64,000 nucleotides of DNA from Wickerhamiella versatilis. Its lineage: Eukaryota. A model generated the notes under the pieces. That model was not told the DNA's origin and searched no databases. It saw only the letters and a program-made list of their open reading frames with translations. This document shows positions 30,598 through 40,831 of this stretch, one piece after another. The stretch covers positions 496,001-560,000 of the forward strand of contig JAQOWU010000008.1 of the NCBI GenBank assembly GCA_030867685.1, in the 5' to 3' direction. Position 1 is the first letter of the stretch. Each line of letters opens with the position of its first letter. The position numbers and the translations under genes are program-made.

Positions 30598-32004
30598 TTA
30601 ATAGAGCATACGAGTCAAAATCTTATGAGGCGTGCGTTCGAGCTCTTCATGAAGTTTTCGGAGATCCTCTGGAGACACATTGGCTATATCAGCCATAAGG
30701 TACGCAATGTCACCTTGAGAATCCGAGTACTGTTTGGCAATATTGTATTCGCCAAGGACACGGTTGACAGTCCGCAATACACCAGGCACATTGTGATGAA
30801 TGTAAAGGACGCGCACCGCCCCACTCTCTTCTTGATAAGGACGACGCAAATCAACTTCAGGGAAGTTAACTGATCCAGTCGAGCATCCCTCATTAATGTA
30901 CTTTGTAAGTGCTGTTGCAACTTCAATTCCAATAGCAGTCTGAGCTTCTTTCGTAGATCCACCAATGTGTGGGGTCAGAACAATGTTGCCCAAGCTAACC
31001 AATTCAGTTGTCCATTCATTCAATACATCAGTAAACATGTTGGCTCCGTTCTTGCGTGGCTCCTTGGGATAAACATCAATTGCAGCACCTGCGATCTTCC
31101 CGCTCTTGCGCGCAGCAACCAAGGCCGGGATATCGACGACAGTACCTCGGCTAGCGTTGATGATATATGATCCGTTCTTCATTGCGGCGAACTCTTGTGT
31201 TGAGATCAGGTTCCTTGTTTCCGGTGTGTCGGGAACGTGCAAAGTCACAAAGTCGGCTTTTCGGAGAAGTTCTTCCAAAGTATCGACCTGAACCGCGGTA
31301 CCCATCGCCATGATATTCAGAATATCATAGTAAACGATATTCATACCCATAGCCTCAGCCAGAACACTTAGCTGGGAGCCAATGTGTCCATACCCGACAA
31401 TGCCGAGTGTCTTTCCTCGGATTTCCCAGCAACCCTTAGCCACTTTGTTCCAAGTGCCACCGTGCAATTCAATGCTTCGGTCACCAATTTGACGCGCCAG
31501 GGTGATTATGTATCCAATAACCAATTCAGCAACACTACGCGAATTAGAAAACGGAGAGTTGAAGACAGCGATACCCTTTTGTGCCGCATAATCCAGGTCT
31601 ACCTGATTTGTACCAATACAAAAGCAACCAATAACAAGCAGATTTTTTGCGTGCTTCAATATGTTTTCGTTTAGTTGTGTTTTGGAGCGAATGCCGATAA
31701 CATGGACATCCTGGATCTTTTTGATAAGCTCGTCTTCAGGAAGACTGGTTTCAAGGAATTCAACCTGGTAACCCTCTTTTCCAAGAATTTCGAGAGCGCT
31801 CTGGTTGACATTCTCGAGTAGCAATATCTTGACGTCACCCGAATCGAATGGTCGCAGTTCCTTCTCAACCCGCTGAGGCGCACTTGAACGTCTTTCGCGA
31901 CGGCCAAAAGATAAAGGAGATGTTCCAGTAGTAGGAGGGCTACTCGCTACACTGTCCAAATTTGTTGAGGCCAATTTTTCACCTATATTGACTGGGGATG
32001 TCAT
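30598..32004 (-). CDS. SER3: D-3-phosphoglycerate dehydrogenase (SER3/SER33)
   Basis: GIRSKT, CFCIGTNQVDL, PFSNSRSVAE, GYGHIG, TPHIGGST, C-terminal ACT domain. Confidence 0.97.
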   Translation of the reverse strand: MTSPVNIGEKLASTNLDSVASSPPTTGTSPLSFGRRERRSSAPQRVEKELRPFDSGDVKILLLENVNQSALEILGKEGYQVEFLETSLPEDELIKKIQDVHVIGIRSKTQLNENILKHAKNLLVIGCFCIGTNQVDLDYAAQKGIAVFNSPFSNSRSVAELVIGYIITLARQIGDRSIELHGGTWNKVAKGCWEIRGKTLGIVGYGHIGSQLSVLAEAMGMNIVYYDILNIMAMGTAVQVDTLEELLRKADFVTLHVPDTPETRNLISTQEFAAMKNGSYIINASRGTVVDIPALVAARKSGKIAGAAIDVYPKEPRKNGANMFTDVLNEWTTELVSLGNIVLTPHIGGSTKEAQTAIGIEVATALTKYINEGCSTGSVNFPEVDLRRPYQEESGAVRVLYIHHNVPGVLRTVNRVLGEYNIAKQYSDSQGDIAYLMADIANVSPEDLRKLHEELERTPHKILTRMLY

Positions 32005-32026
32005 TCACAGATGATGAAACGTAGTG

Positions 32027-32076
32027 TGAGTCATCGATCTCCTGACCTGAGAAACGAGATGCCAGAATGTCACGTG
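32027..32076. promoter_or_regulatory. Gcn4/Bas1-type (TGAGTCAT) and Cbf1-type (TCACGTG) sites in the SER3 promoter
   Basis: TGAGTCAT 32027-32034 and TCACGTG 32070-32076 directly upstream of an amino-acid biosynthesis gene. Confidence 0.6.
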
Positions 32077-32587
32077 CAAGATTACCTAACCGATAGTCGC
32101 ATTCATTACTCCTCTTTATTAATATATTGTAAAATTTTCAGAACCTTCAGTCATATGACTAATATAAAGGTTTTCTCGCCATTTTGGTGAGTGCTTCTTG
32201 AAAAGGGTTATTATTAACTCCAGACCTTCGTTAAAGGCTGAGTTGGCTTAAGATTAACTAGTGTGGTGATTGTGATGCCCTGATATATTATTATTATTAT
32301 TATAGCCCTTGTGGAAGTGATTCTCATTATTCGGTATGCGGCATGAAAAGCGGCGGTTATAGACATTTTATGCTGAGTTATAAAGGAGAAGAATATTTAT
32401 TCTTTCTGAATTGGACTTCTCATAAACGGAGAGGATCTAGTTTTGGTGCCGCTTGAAAGATCGAGCTTGAACCGTGCCTCGCTGCACCTCCTGCTTTAAG
32501 CAGGCAAGTTGATGTCACCTTTTCCTTAGTCAGGCGGGTAATCAACGTCGTGATTTCAGAGAAGAAGAACTGTTGCAATCTTCCACC

Positions 32588-33196
32588 ATGCCTTTGTGTG
32601 GTTCCAGCTCAAAGCCAGTTGTGCGTAAAATAGTAATTTTGGGTGATGGTACCTGTGGAAAAACCTCTCTCCTGGATCGCTTTACGCGTGGGTATTTTCG
32701 ACAGGTTTACGAACCCACTGTGTTTGAAAACTATGTGCACGATGTGTATATCGATAGGCGTGCAGTACAGCTTAGTCTTTGGGATACTGCTGGACAGGAA
32801 GAATACGATAGATTGAGAACGTTGTCGTATGCAGACACGCACTGCATCATGCTTTGCTTTGCTGTCGATAGTCCCGACAGCTTGGAAAATGCACAAACGA
32901 AATGGATTACCGAAATTAATGATAACTGTCCGGGTGTAAAGCTGGTGCTGGTGGCTCTCAAGTGTGATCTACGCAATGAAGAGGCAGAGGCAGATCCCCT
33001 CGTGCCAAATAAACGCCTCGTTTCTTATGACGAAGGTGTAGCTGTGGCCAAAAAAATTGGAGCCTTGCGATACCTTGAATGCTCCGCTAAAAAAGATGTT
33101 GGCGTCCGCGAGGCATTCACAGAAGCGGCCAGATTAGCCCTCTCGGCAAGAAATCGTAATGAGGAAGAATCGAAGACGTCTTGCTCAATACAATGA
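32588..33196 (+). CDS. RHO3: Rho-family GTPase Rho3
   Basis: MPLCG N-terminus, RKIVILGDG.CGKTSLL, FTRGYF..VYEPTVFENY, LKCDLR, CAAX box CSIQ. Confidence 0.93.
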   Translation: MPLCGSSSKPVVRKIVILGDGTCGKTSLLDRFTRGYFRQVYEPTVFENYVHDVYIDRRAVQLSLWDTAGQEEYDRLRTLSYADTHCIMLCFAVDSPDSLENAQTKWITEINDNCPGVKLVLVALKCDLRNEEAEADPLVPNKRLVSYDEGVAVAKKIGALRYLECSAKKDVGVREAFTEAARLALSARNRNEEESKTSCSIQ

Positions 33197-33226
33197 CCTA
33201 AATTTATGTTCAAATATTCTATATAC

Positions 33227-34453
33227 TTAGCGTCCCACCTTGAAGGACAGAATATCGTTCCTATTATAATCTACAGTGTCATCCTCAGCAAGGCGTCCCT
33301 GAACACCCTCCACAAACAGGATAGGCACGTCTCCCATAATTTTCCTGGCGATTTGACCGATGGTAGTGCCCTTACGCACGAGCAAACAGTCAGGAAATGC
33401 CACTTTTCCTCCAAAGTTATGCATGTTTTTCACAGTATATACTGGGACAAGATCCAGGATCTTTACAGCTTGTCGCAACACTTCAGCAACACCTGTAGAC
33501 CCAAATCTATATAGAACCAAATCTCTGACGGTATCCAATCGCTCCATTAAGCTTTCGTCAATATCTTTTAGGTCACTTTCTGGCAAGTCCTGCTTTGTAT
33601 CCACGAACTCAGTCCCAATTTCATACTTTACATAGTTCTGCTTGGCCAACTTTCTGAGAAGGACTTCAGACATGGCACTGGTAAGCACGTGTGGTGCAGA
33701 GGAATATTTCCTGGCGATTCTTGCGATATTCCCGTCCGAATCAGAATGATCACATTTATTAAGTGCCAGAACAGTAGGAAACTTTTCAGCCGTAAAATTA
33801 CGCACCACGAGATCTATCGTCTCGTCGTCCCACTGGTCCAGCGCTGCCAGCGGGCCATTATTTTCCTTCTCTGAACGCCAAAGGGATCGTGCCACTAGTT
33901 CCCGCGTAGCACCATATCCACTAAATTGATTGGACAGTGTATCTGCCGTTGCGGATTTAGTGGCGGCATGGCGTCGAGCAATGGATCCCCAGTTCTTGGT
34001 AAGATTACCACGAATCCATCGAAAAATTTCATCCTGTAGCCATTCAATGTCGTATAAGGGATCGTAATTCTTTGTAGCTTTCCCCTCAGCGTCTGTGGAG
34101 CCGCTCACATCAACAACATGGATAAGAGCGTCAGCTTGCCTGAGGTCATCTAGAAACTTGTTTCCAAGACCACGGCCTTCATGTGCACCCGGAACCAGCC
34201 CAGCAACATCCAAAAGGACCACAGGAACGTAACGAACGCCGTTATCACACCACCCATAATTGGGTTTGCATTCATTTTGTTTTCCGAACCGTGCACATGC
34301 ACAGTCTAGTCTGACGTATCCCGTAGCTTTGTTTGGATCGATGGTGGTGAAAGGAAATGCACCTACCTTGGCACTGGCATCCGTTAAAGCATTTAATGTG
34401 GTGCTCTTGCCGCTAGAGGGCTTACCAACTAGTCCGATCAGCGGATCCTTCAT
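33227..34453 (-). CDS. Obg-family GTPase, YGR210C-like
   Basis: [56 protein letters not shown]-like C-terminus. Confidence 0.92.
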   Translation of the reverse strand: MKDPLIGLVGKPSSGKSTTLNALTDASAKVGAFPFTTIDPNKATGYVRLDCACARFGKQNECKPNYGWCDNGVRYVPVVLLDVAGLVPGAHEGRGLGNKFLDDLRQADALIHVVDVSGSTDAEGKATKNYDPLYDIEWLQDEIFRWIRGNLTKNWGSIARRHAATKSATADTLSNQFSGYGATRELVARSLWRSEKENNGPLAALDQWDDETIDLVVRNFTAEKFPTVLALNKCDHSDSDGNIARIARKYSSAPHVLTSAMSEVLLRKLAKQNYVKYEIGTEFVDTKQDLPESDLKDIDESLMERLDTVRDLVLYRFGSTGVAEVLRQAVKILDLVPVYTVKNMHNFGGKVAFPDCLLVRKGTTIGQIARKIMGDVPILFVEGVQGRLAEDDTVDYNRNDILSFKVGR

Positions 34454-34482
34454 TGCGTAAGGAAAAAAAATATAGTAGTAAT

Positions 34483-35385
34483 ATGAACCATGGGAAACCT
34501 TTTGTATTCCTTAGCGAAGCACTTGTGACGGTAAATTCGCCATTAAAACAAATCAGGAAAGCGGCTCAAGATGCACACGTGCCCTGGCCAGGAGATGACC
34601 TGGTACGAGCCGTATGGTCGAATGCGGCTTGGTCAGTACGCAGCCAAGCCAGGCTTTATCAACAAACAGATATTTCTGGGAAAAAAAGTAAGTACGAGCA
34701 CTGGTTGAGAGAGGTGTGCAGTGAGGTAATGGCTTCAATGGAAGTTAGTTCAAAAAAACGCAATACTTTCATCCAGGATCTTGTTAAAGGTCTCTCAACG
34801 CCAGTAAACTATACATGCCCACAAGATACCAGAAATTTTATTACATCGCTTGAGAAGAGAGCTGTTGGCTGGGGAGTGATTGCCAATGAGGGTCCTTATT
34901 ATCAGGCGATTCTGAAATATCTTGGTCTAAAGCCCTCCATCCTGATTGACGCTCAACCGAGAACTTTCAAACCACTCCCTTCTGTTATTGCGAGGGCCCT
35001 GAAGCGAGTGCCGGTGGCTAGCAAAGGTGATGTGTGGTTTGTGGGTAGCGCAGACCGGCAATACGATAATTTTGTCGGCAATTCTGCCCTTCGCACAATC
35101 CTACTAGCTCCCCATTCTGATATTTCCCAAATACCGCGTGATAAAGCACTGAAATCCTATCATTTTCGTATAAGTTCTCTGAATGAGCTGGAAGAGTTGC
35201 TTGGCTTGACGTGGAATTCTTTCCATGGATTAAACGAAACACTAGATATACCCGTGAACGACGAGGATGACCCTGATTCAGAAAAAGATTCCAGCAAGTT
35301 GACCACCGCAAAGCTCAGTAGAAACCCGCTTTTACCACTGGGCAAGAAAGATACGGCTGCAGTGGATATGGATGAAATGAAATAA
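34483..35385 (+). CDS. Degenerate HAD-like hydrolase (HDHD3/Dpi35-like)
   Basis: GVIAN (motif II), FKP.P.VI..AL (motif III), WFVGS...YD (motif IV); motif I DxD is absent. Confidence 0.55.
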   Translation: MNHGKPFVFLSEALVTVNSPLKQIRKAAQDAHVPWPGDDLVRAVWSNAAWSVRSQARLYQQTDISGKKSKYEHWLREVCSEVMASMEVSSKKRNTFIQDLVKGLSTPVNYTCPQDTRNFITSLEKRAVGWGVIANEGPYYQAILKYLGLKPSILIDAQPRTFKPLPSVIARALKRVPVASKGDVWFVGSADRQYDNFVGNSALRTILLAPHSDISQIPRDKALKSYHFRISSLNELEELLGLTWNSFHGLNETLDIPVNDEDDPDSEKDSSKLTTAKLSRNPLLPLGKKDTAAVDMDEMK

Positions 35386-35449
35386 CTTATAATAAGTGAT
35401 ATGATTTTAACGTATTGTGAATAATTTATATACTGGACATGCAAGAACT

Positions 35450-37075
35450 TTATGCGATAGACTTAGTTCGTCTTTTTTTCTTCACATCAAGAGATGAACA
35501 TTCTGCCTTGAATAGGGATACCGGCGTTGTGGACTGCAGCCGGAGATTGGAGTATGACTTCATACGACTGTTCGAAATATACGCAGGAGAACCTTCGGAG
35601 CGCCTGCGAATAGCCTCATTGGTTAGCTCTAGCCGCCCTGAAAGGCATAGAGGAGATTGAGGGGTACCAGCCAATTGAATGCGAAGATCAAGTATTGCCC
35701 GGTCCAACGCAAACTCGACAGCACAGTGGTTATGAATAATTGCAATTTTTGGCCAGATAGCCTGACGGCCACGCTTGAAAGCAGACTGAGTCCACAAGGT
35801 CGATGGATTGCTAAAAAGATGAATGATATCGCTCCATTGAAGCCGTGGCAACACGGTAACATCCCCAATATAGTCCTGGGCCATGACCCTGAGCAAGGCT
35901 GTCGATGGTTTGCTTGCAAAACCCAACGCATTGGCCATCACTAATGCATGTGATACCTCATTGTACCATAGAGACCTGCAACGCATCCACCATTTCGAAA
36001 AAAAGTTGTTAGACAGACGTAGCTTTTCGTCAAGCTGCATAATGGGTGCAATGTGTGGATTCACCTGGCAAGCCACCACGTGGTCCACATTAAACATTTC
36101 TCCAAGCCGAGCTAGTGGTAGATCATTGTCAACGCTTCCATCGAAGAAAGTCTGCTTCGTCCATTCGTAGACTTCATGCGTGCGGGGATTCTTGGCTAGA
36201 AGATGACTGCTTTCGAAAATGAGAGGAGCAGAGCACGAAGCAGAAACCGCACTCCATATTAAAACGTCAGGTGCGGTGAGATAATTAAGCAGATGTGGCA
36301 TTTCATATGAACCTGTCGTTGAGACAGTCACATTCAAAATACGGCCAGTACGCTGATGAGCTTCTCCGAACGTGTAATCTCCAAGTATCCTTCGCAAAGT
36401 AGCACGCAAATAACCACCATCGGTCCATGTTCCATACTTGGCAAATCGTTGAATGTGTATTCTCAATGACTCTTTTGCATCATGATGCTCGAAAATGTCC
36501 TGAGGCTCATCAAGAAGCTTCAATGCTTGGTGAAATTCCTCATCACGGTGAATACATACACATGCGGCAAAAATTGAGCCTGCACTGGAACCACTGACAA
36601 TCCTGGGCAAGAGGTTATGTTGAATCAGTTCCCATAGAACCCCAGTATGGAGGAACCCTAGGATGGAGCCACCGCTAAGGGTAAGTGCAGTACTACCAAA
36701 TGCTCTACGAGTCTGCAGCAATGTTCTTAGAATCTCTGACCGGTCCAGCTCATTATCCTGCTTGACCAGGTAATTAATTGCGTCGATACACTCCTTGATG
36801 TAGTCCTCAATGAGGTTTTTTGTTCCACTTGGTGTTTTTGAATAGAGACGTTCGTCTCCCATATTGCCATTATTTCGCGAGAACGTTGTACGCACTAAAT
36901 AGAGAAGCAGGGATGCATTTTGTGACCGGCGACACTCGCGTAGCTGCGCTAGGAGCTGCGCAATTTTCGCATGATCATACAATTCGCTATTTGGATCTGC
37001 ACGCCACTTGTCCAATCCTTGTTTCTTGTCATCTTCTTCCACTTCTTGCAACCATTCTTCGCAGGAATCAGGCAT
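35450..37075 (-). CDS. Patatin-domain triacylglycerol lipase (Tgl4/Tgl5-like)
   Basis: ALTLSGG, GSSAGS nucleophile, RTGRILNVTV, LLNYLTAPDVLIWSAV, DGSVDNDLP, QVNPH. First ATG is 37075. Confidence 0.93.
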   Translation of the reverse strand: MPDSCEEWLQEVEEDDKKQGLDKWRADPNSELYDHAKIAQLLAQLRECRRSQNASLLLYLVRTTFSRNNGNMGDERLYSKTPSGTKNLIEDYIKECIDAINYLVKQDNELDRSEILRTLLQTRRAFGSTALTLSGGSILGFLHTGVLWELIQHNLLPRIVSGSSAGSIFAACVCIHRDEEFHQALKLLDEPQDIFEHHDAKESLRIHIQRFAKYGTWTDGGYLRATLRRILGDYTFGEAHQRTGRILNVTVSTTGSYEMPHLLNYLTAPDVLIWSAVSASCSAPLIFESSHLLAKNPRTHEVYEWTKQTFFDGSVDNDLPLARLGEMFNVDHVVACQVNPHIAPIMQLDEKLRLSNNFFSKWWMRCRSLWYNEVSHALVMANALGFASKPSTALLRVMAQDYIGDVTVLPRLQWSDIIHLFSNPSTLWTQSAFKRGRQAIWPKIAIIHNHCAVEFALDRAILDLRIQLAGTPQSPLCLSGRLELTNEAIRRRSEGSPAYISNSRMKSYSNLRLQSTTPVSLFKAECSSLDVKKKRRTKSIA

Positions 37076-37308
37076 GCGAAGGCTACCCTTGCCCAAAGAA
37101 CATATATTGTGTGTGTTATAAGCAGATCGGTTTCTCTTCAAACACCAGCCTGGCTCCCCATCATCGAACAAGGTTCTTGCCTTTTACCAGAACCCTCCGG
37201 ATGGGGGCCAAATTAAGGCATGGATGACAATTTTTGGAATCAGCTCAAATGAGTTCTCAGCTTTGGAAGTGGGGTCACTGCCTTGGTTGAAAACTGGTCT
37301 GAGCATAG

Positions 37309-38013
37309 TTATTTTAGTTTTAGGGGTAGAATTTTTTTGGATTCCTTAGGTTTTGCAACACTGAAGGACACTGGCGAAGCCTTGACGGGAGGTGAGTTGT
37401 TAGCTGTTGATGTTGCTGTTGCTGTTGTTGGTGGTGGTGGTGATGGTGACGGGCTGTCTCTCGATTTCACCTCTTGAGATCTGACACGTTCCAGCCTAAT
37501 CTTCAAAGCTTTTTCGTCATTCGCAGAACGTTCGAGTGCTTGCTGCTCAGTTTCCAGCTCGCGTTGCCGAGCCTCAGAATTGTGGTTTATCCATGATATT
37601 ATCGTACCTTGCGGCGTCTCCTCAGCCTTACACACTCCCTCTCGTGCAAGATGCCACACAAATGCAGTGAGGGAGGACCATCGGGTGGCAGTCATGTGTA
37701 TATGCTCTTTATTTTGAATATATTCATTGTAGAACTTATTGGCCTCAATCGGCTTTTCTCCATGTGACACTCGCAACAAATAGACAAAGTCGTGCTTGAA
37801 TTGTCGCGAGTACTCCAGTATTCCAGGCCGTCCACCCTCCTTTGCCTCTTTCAGTTTACGAATGTGGGATGGGGATTCGTTATGGCATTTAAACCCATTC
37901 TCATCACGACATTGTTTTTCGCAAACCTGACAGTACCACTTAAGCTTCTGCAGGCCTCTGGCTTTCATGCGATTGGCCACATATTTTGGTGTGCCAAACT
38001 CAGCTTTCGGCAT
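37309..38013 (-). CDS. RTS2: KIN17/Rts2 zinc-finger protein
   Basis: MPKAEFGTPK, GLQKLKWYCQVCEKQCRDENGFKCH, HIHMTATRWSSLT. Confidence 0.95.
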   Translation of the reverse strand: MPKAEFGTPKYVANRMKARGLQKLKWYCQVCEKQCRDENGFKCHNESPSHIRKLKEAKEGGRPGILEYSRQFKHDFVYLLRVSHGEKPIEANKFYNEYIQNKEHIHMTATRWSSLTAFVWHLAREGVCKAEETPQGTIISWINHNSEARQRELETEQQALERSANDEKALKIRLERVRSQEVKSRDSPSPSPPPPTTATATSTANNSPPVKASPVSFSVAKPKESKKILPLKLK

Positions 38014-38262
38014 AAGTAAGCGCGAAATGCGGGAAAGTAGAAATGACACCGGTGAAAGTATATGTCTCGTCCAAAGCACCTCTTCTATTTTGAAGGACTT
38101 AAAATATCAGTATTAGTGCCCGTAGTTCAAATATCAAGAAATTGGGCAAACACAGTTATTTTTAATGTGGGTGTATCCTATAGCGTGAGTAATCCCGTTC
38201 ACGTCATTTAACAGCACCAATATAAATCAGACGGTTGGGCTGATAAACCGATCAGTAAAGGA

Positions 38263-38973
38263 ATGAAAAGATTGTTAGCAGAGAAGCTATTCAATAACCT
38301 TGAGAGCGACAGGGGTCATATGCAGCTATTGGTGTCCGAGGCACTCTGCATGACCCCCGCGTCGCTGGTGGAAAAACTTGAGGACGCGACATTGAGTGCT
38401 GTTACCAGATTATATACTAGTATGGGGGGCTTCTTCACTAGAAATGCTCCTATAGATGATGATGGTTACGATTACGATGCTGAAATCAAGCGGGGGCTTG
38501 GTGCGATGAGTACAAGAATTAGTGCACAGGTGTCTCAACAATTCGCCACTTTTGCCGAACAAAGCATGGATAATATTTTAAGTATAGATACTGGGCTTGT
38601 TCGAGATGGATTTGTGAGGCTGCCTCAGAATGAGGGAATCGACTACAGGGATCCTAAGAAGGCCTCCAGCCTTGCCGAAGACGTGATTCATGCTGAGGAC
38701 GCGTTGGCCACCTCCTACCGCGAAAAACGAGATCTCAGAGAAACATTGAGAGATTTAGAGGCTGCAGAGGCCGAATTGGACCAAGTGCTGCAGAATCTGG
38801 GTGATAACCTTAGTGCCAAGCTTTTCCATCTGAAATCGGAGCACGCCGAGATGCGCGATCTTGCATCAGACTGCGCGAAATCGATGCTTGGAACGCGTCA
38901 CTCTAATACAAGAACACCCTTGGACGACTGGGAACTCGAGAATGAGGGCGAGATCAATATAAGACTAGCTTAA
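38263..38973 (+). CDS. MTW1: Probable kinetochore Mis12/Mtw1 subunit (divergent)
   Basis: LLVSEAL.MTP.SLVE, EIKRGL..M.T.I...V...F..F.....NILSI, FVRLP..EG pattern then a coiled coil. Start may be 38320. Confidence 0.6.
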   Translation: MKRLLAEKLFNNLESDRGHMQLLVSEALCMTPASLVEKLEDATLSAVTRLYTSMGGFFTRNAPIDDDGYDYDAEIKRGLGAMSTRISAQVSQQFATFAEQSMDNILSIDTGLVRDGFVRLPQNEGIDYRDPKKASSLAEDVIHAEDALATSYREKRDLRETLRDLEAAEAELDQVLQNLGDNLSAKLFHLKSEHAEMRDLASDCAKSMLGTRHSNTRTPLDDWELENEGEINIRLA

Positions 38974-39524
38974 AATCTGCATGACACAAGCAATATAAAT
39001 ATTTATAGCAATATAATAGCAACAACCCTACAAGAGATCAACACGTTGCATTGCAAAATATAGACTTCTGTCGATAACTGACCGTCGAACAGCTCGCCTC
39101 ACACCTGGGCGTCAACTCGGAATCCGCCTTATTTTTGTCACATCTTGTATTTACCGATCACGTGTGCTCCTAACCCTGTAGGCATGATATTACAAAGCAT
39201 ACGGTCCTCCTACTCTGATGCTGCGCCTCCCAGAACGGGATGGTGGCATATGAAGCCTTTTCCTCAAAGGAAACTAACTGTCCGTCGCGTACTATAGTTA
39301 TAGCAACTAGTCTTAGGAAAATCGTGGTGCATAATAAACTGCCAGCTGAAAAATCGTACTTCTAGGAGGCGAAATTACAGAGACAGTACCCTAGCCCAAT
39401 GGCAGCCTCCTGTCCAGCACACCTCTAAGCAGCTTACAATACCGATACTGCTTTTTACTGTGCTAGAAAGCAGTCATTCGCCACTCTTTGCCAGAGGCAG
39501 ACGTTTATAAAGAAAGTCGTTGGA

Positions 39525-40280
39525 ATGTCGCCGCTTCTGTTTCGGCGGGACATTGCCACTGATGGTGATAACAAGAATGACCCCACTATCGCTATTGCTA
39601 TCGCTCTTGGCGTAGGTATACCGGTCGTACTTGCTGTATTGATAATTGTAATTGTAACGGTGAGGCATCGCCGCAAGGCTCGAGAGGAGGATGAGAAGAA
39701 TGAAGCAATCGACGATAACGAAGAAGTACCATTCGAAACATTTTCTTCGAAAACTCCACACCGCGTTGTTGCGGGATCCAGTTTCGGCCAGTCCACTGAT
39801 TTTGACAGCTTTGTGTCCCGTCCAATCACTCATCGTGGACCGCAAGGCTTGGAGAAAGCCCTATTCTCCGACAACGGGAGCTCTACATTCTTGTATACCC
39901 CTGATATGGATGCAGGCGCATCCCAGGAGGGTCTAGCCCGCGCACTTCATACTGTATATGGGCCCTCCCCCTCTTATCCTAGCACGGAACGCTTGCGTAC
40001 TTTCAGTAAGCAGTCTTCTTTTGCTGGACCTTTCGATACGCCCCCAAGAAACGGCTTGCACAGCCCCGGGCCCAGTTTCAGCAATTCCACTATTCCCTCC
40101 CCTCATCCTCATGGCAACTTCTCTAATCATGCGGATTCCAGTCTGAACCATTCTGATTCCCTGCCATCGAGGGCGATGGAGCTTTCGGATGAAACTACAG
40201 GAAGTGTCAGTGAATCCCAGCAGCCGTTTGATTTCTTTGACCCTAACATATACGCAGAAGGTGATAGGCCAAAGTCATAG
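39525..40280 (+). CDS. Single-pass membrane protein, Skg6/Tos2-like
   Basis: IAIALGVGIPVVLAVLIIVIV TM helix followed by RHRRKAREED and an S/P-rich tail. Confidence 0.6.
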   Translation: MSPLLFRRDIATDGDNKNDPTIAIAIALGVGIPVVLAVLIIVIVTVRHRRKAREEDEKNEAIDDNEEVPFETFSSKTPHRVVAGSSFGQSTDFDSFVSRPITHRGPQGLEKALFSDNGSSTFLYTPDMDAGASQEGLARALHTVYGPSPSYPSTERLRTFSKQSSFAGPFDTPPRNGLHSPGPSFSNSTIPSPHPHGNFSNHADSSLNHSDSLPSRAMELSDETTGSVSESQQPFDFFDPNIYAEGDRPKS

Positions 40281-40819
40281 GCTCTTGGTGCAACGGAGTG
40301 AATGAATGGTATTATTTATGATGGATAGGGCGGGTACTCCCACTTCACACGCTCGCCCTCAAGCAGTGCTCAGAGAGCAAAAGATCTGAAAAGGAAAAAG
40401 CAGTATGTTACTTCGATATTTGTTAATTACATTTGCCACTTGTGACTCGTGATCTACCGCAGCTGCATCTTGTGTTGCAGAGATTGTTTTTGGCCATCTA
40501 GAATGAAGTTTAAGTTAAGCCTTGATAAACTCAGAATTACTGGGGAAAATATTTCTTGCGTATTTCAGATATTTAGAGAGCATTGAAACTCGATACTTCC
40601 GATTTCGGGGTGCGAAAAGCATGAAACTGAAAAATTTGATTGGCACGGACCAATTAAGTACGCAAGACAGAGATTTTAATATATTGAAGTAACAGATAGG
40701 ACTAACATTGGATTATTTGAGGCTCCTTAACTGTTTCTATAACGATTATCTTGCATCCATGAACGCGCAAGAACACGCAACGTTTATAGCAAATACTAGA
40801 CGTATTGTTGACTAATCAG

Positions 40820-40830
40820 TCTAACTACAG
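40820..40830 (+). other. Putative branch point and 3' splice site immediately before CRM1 ATG
   Basis: TCTAAC-TA-CAG|G-ATG; candidate donors GTACGC 40658 or GTATGT 40403. Confidence 0.45.
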
Positions 40831-40831
40831 G

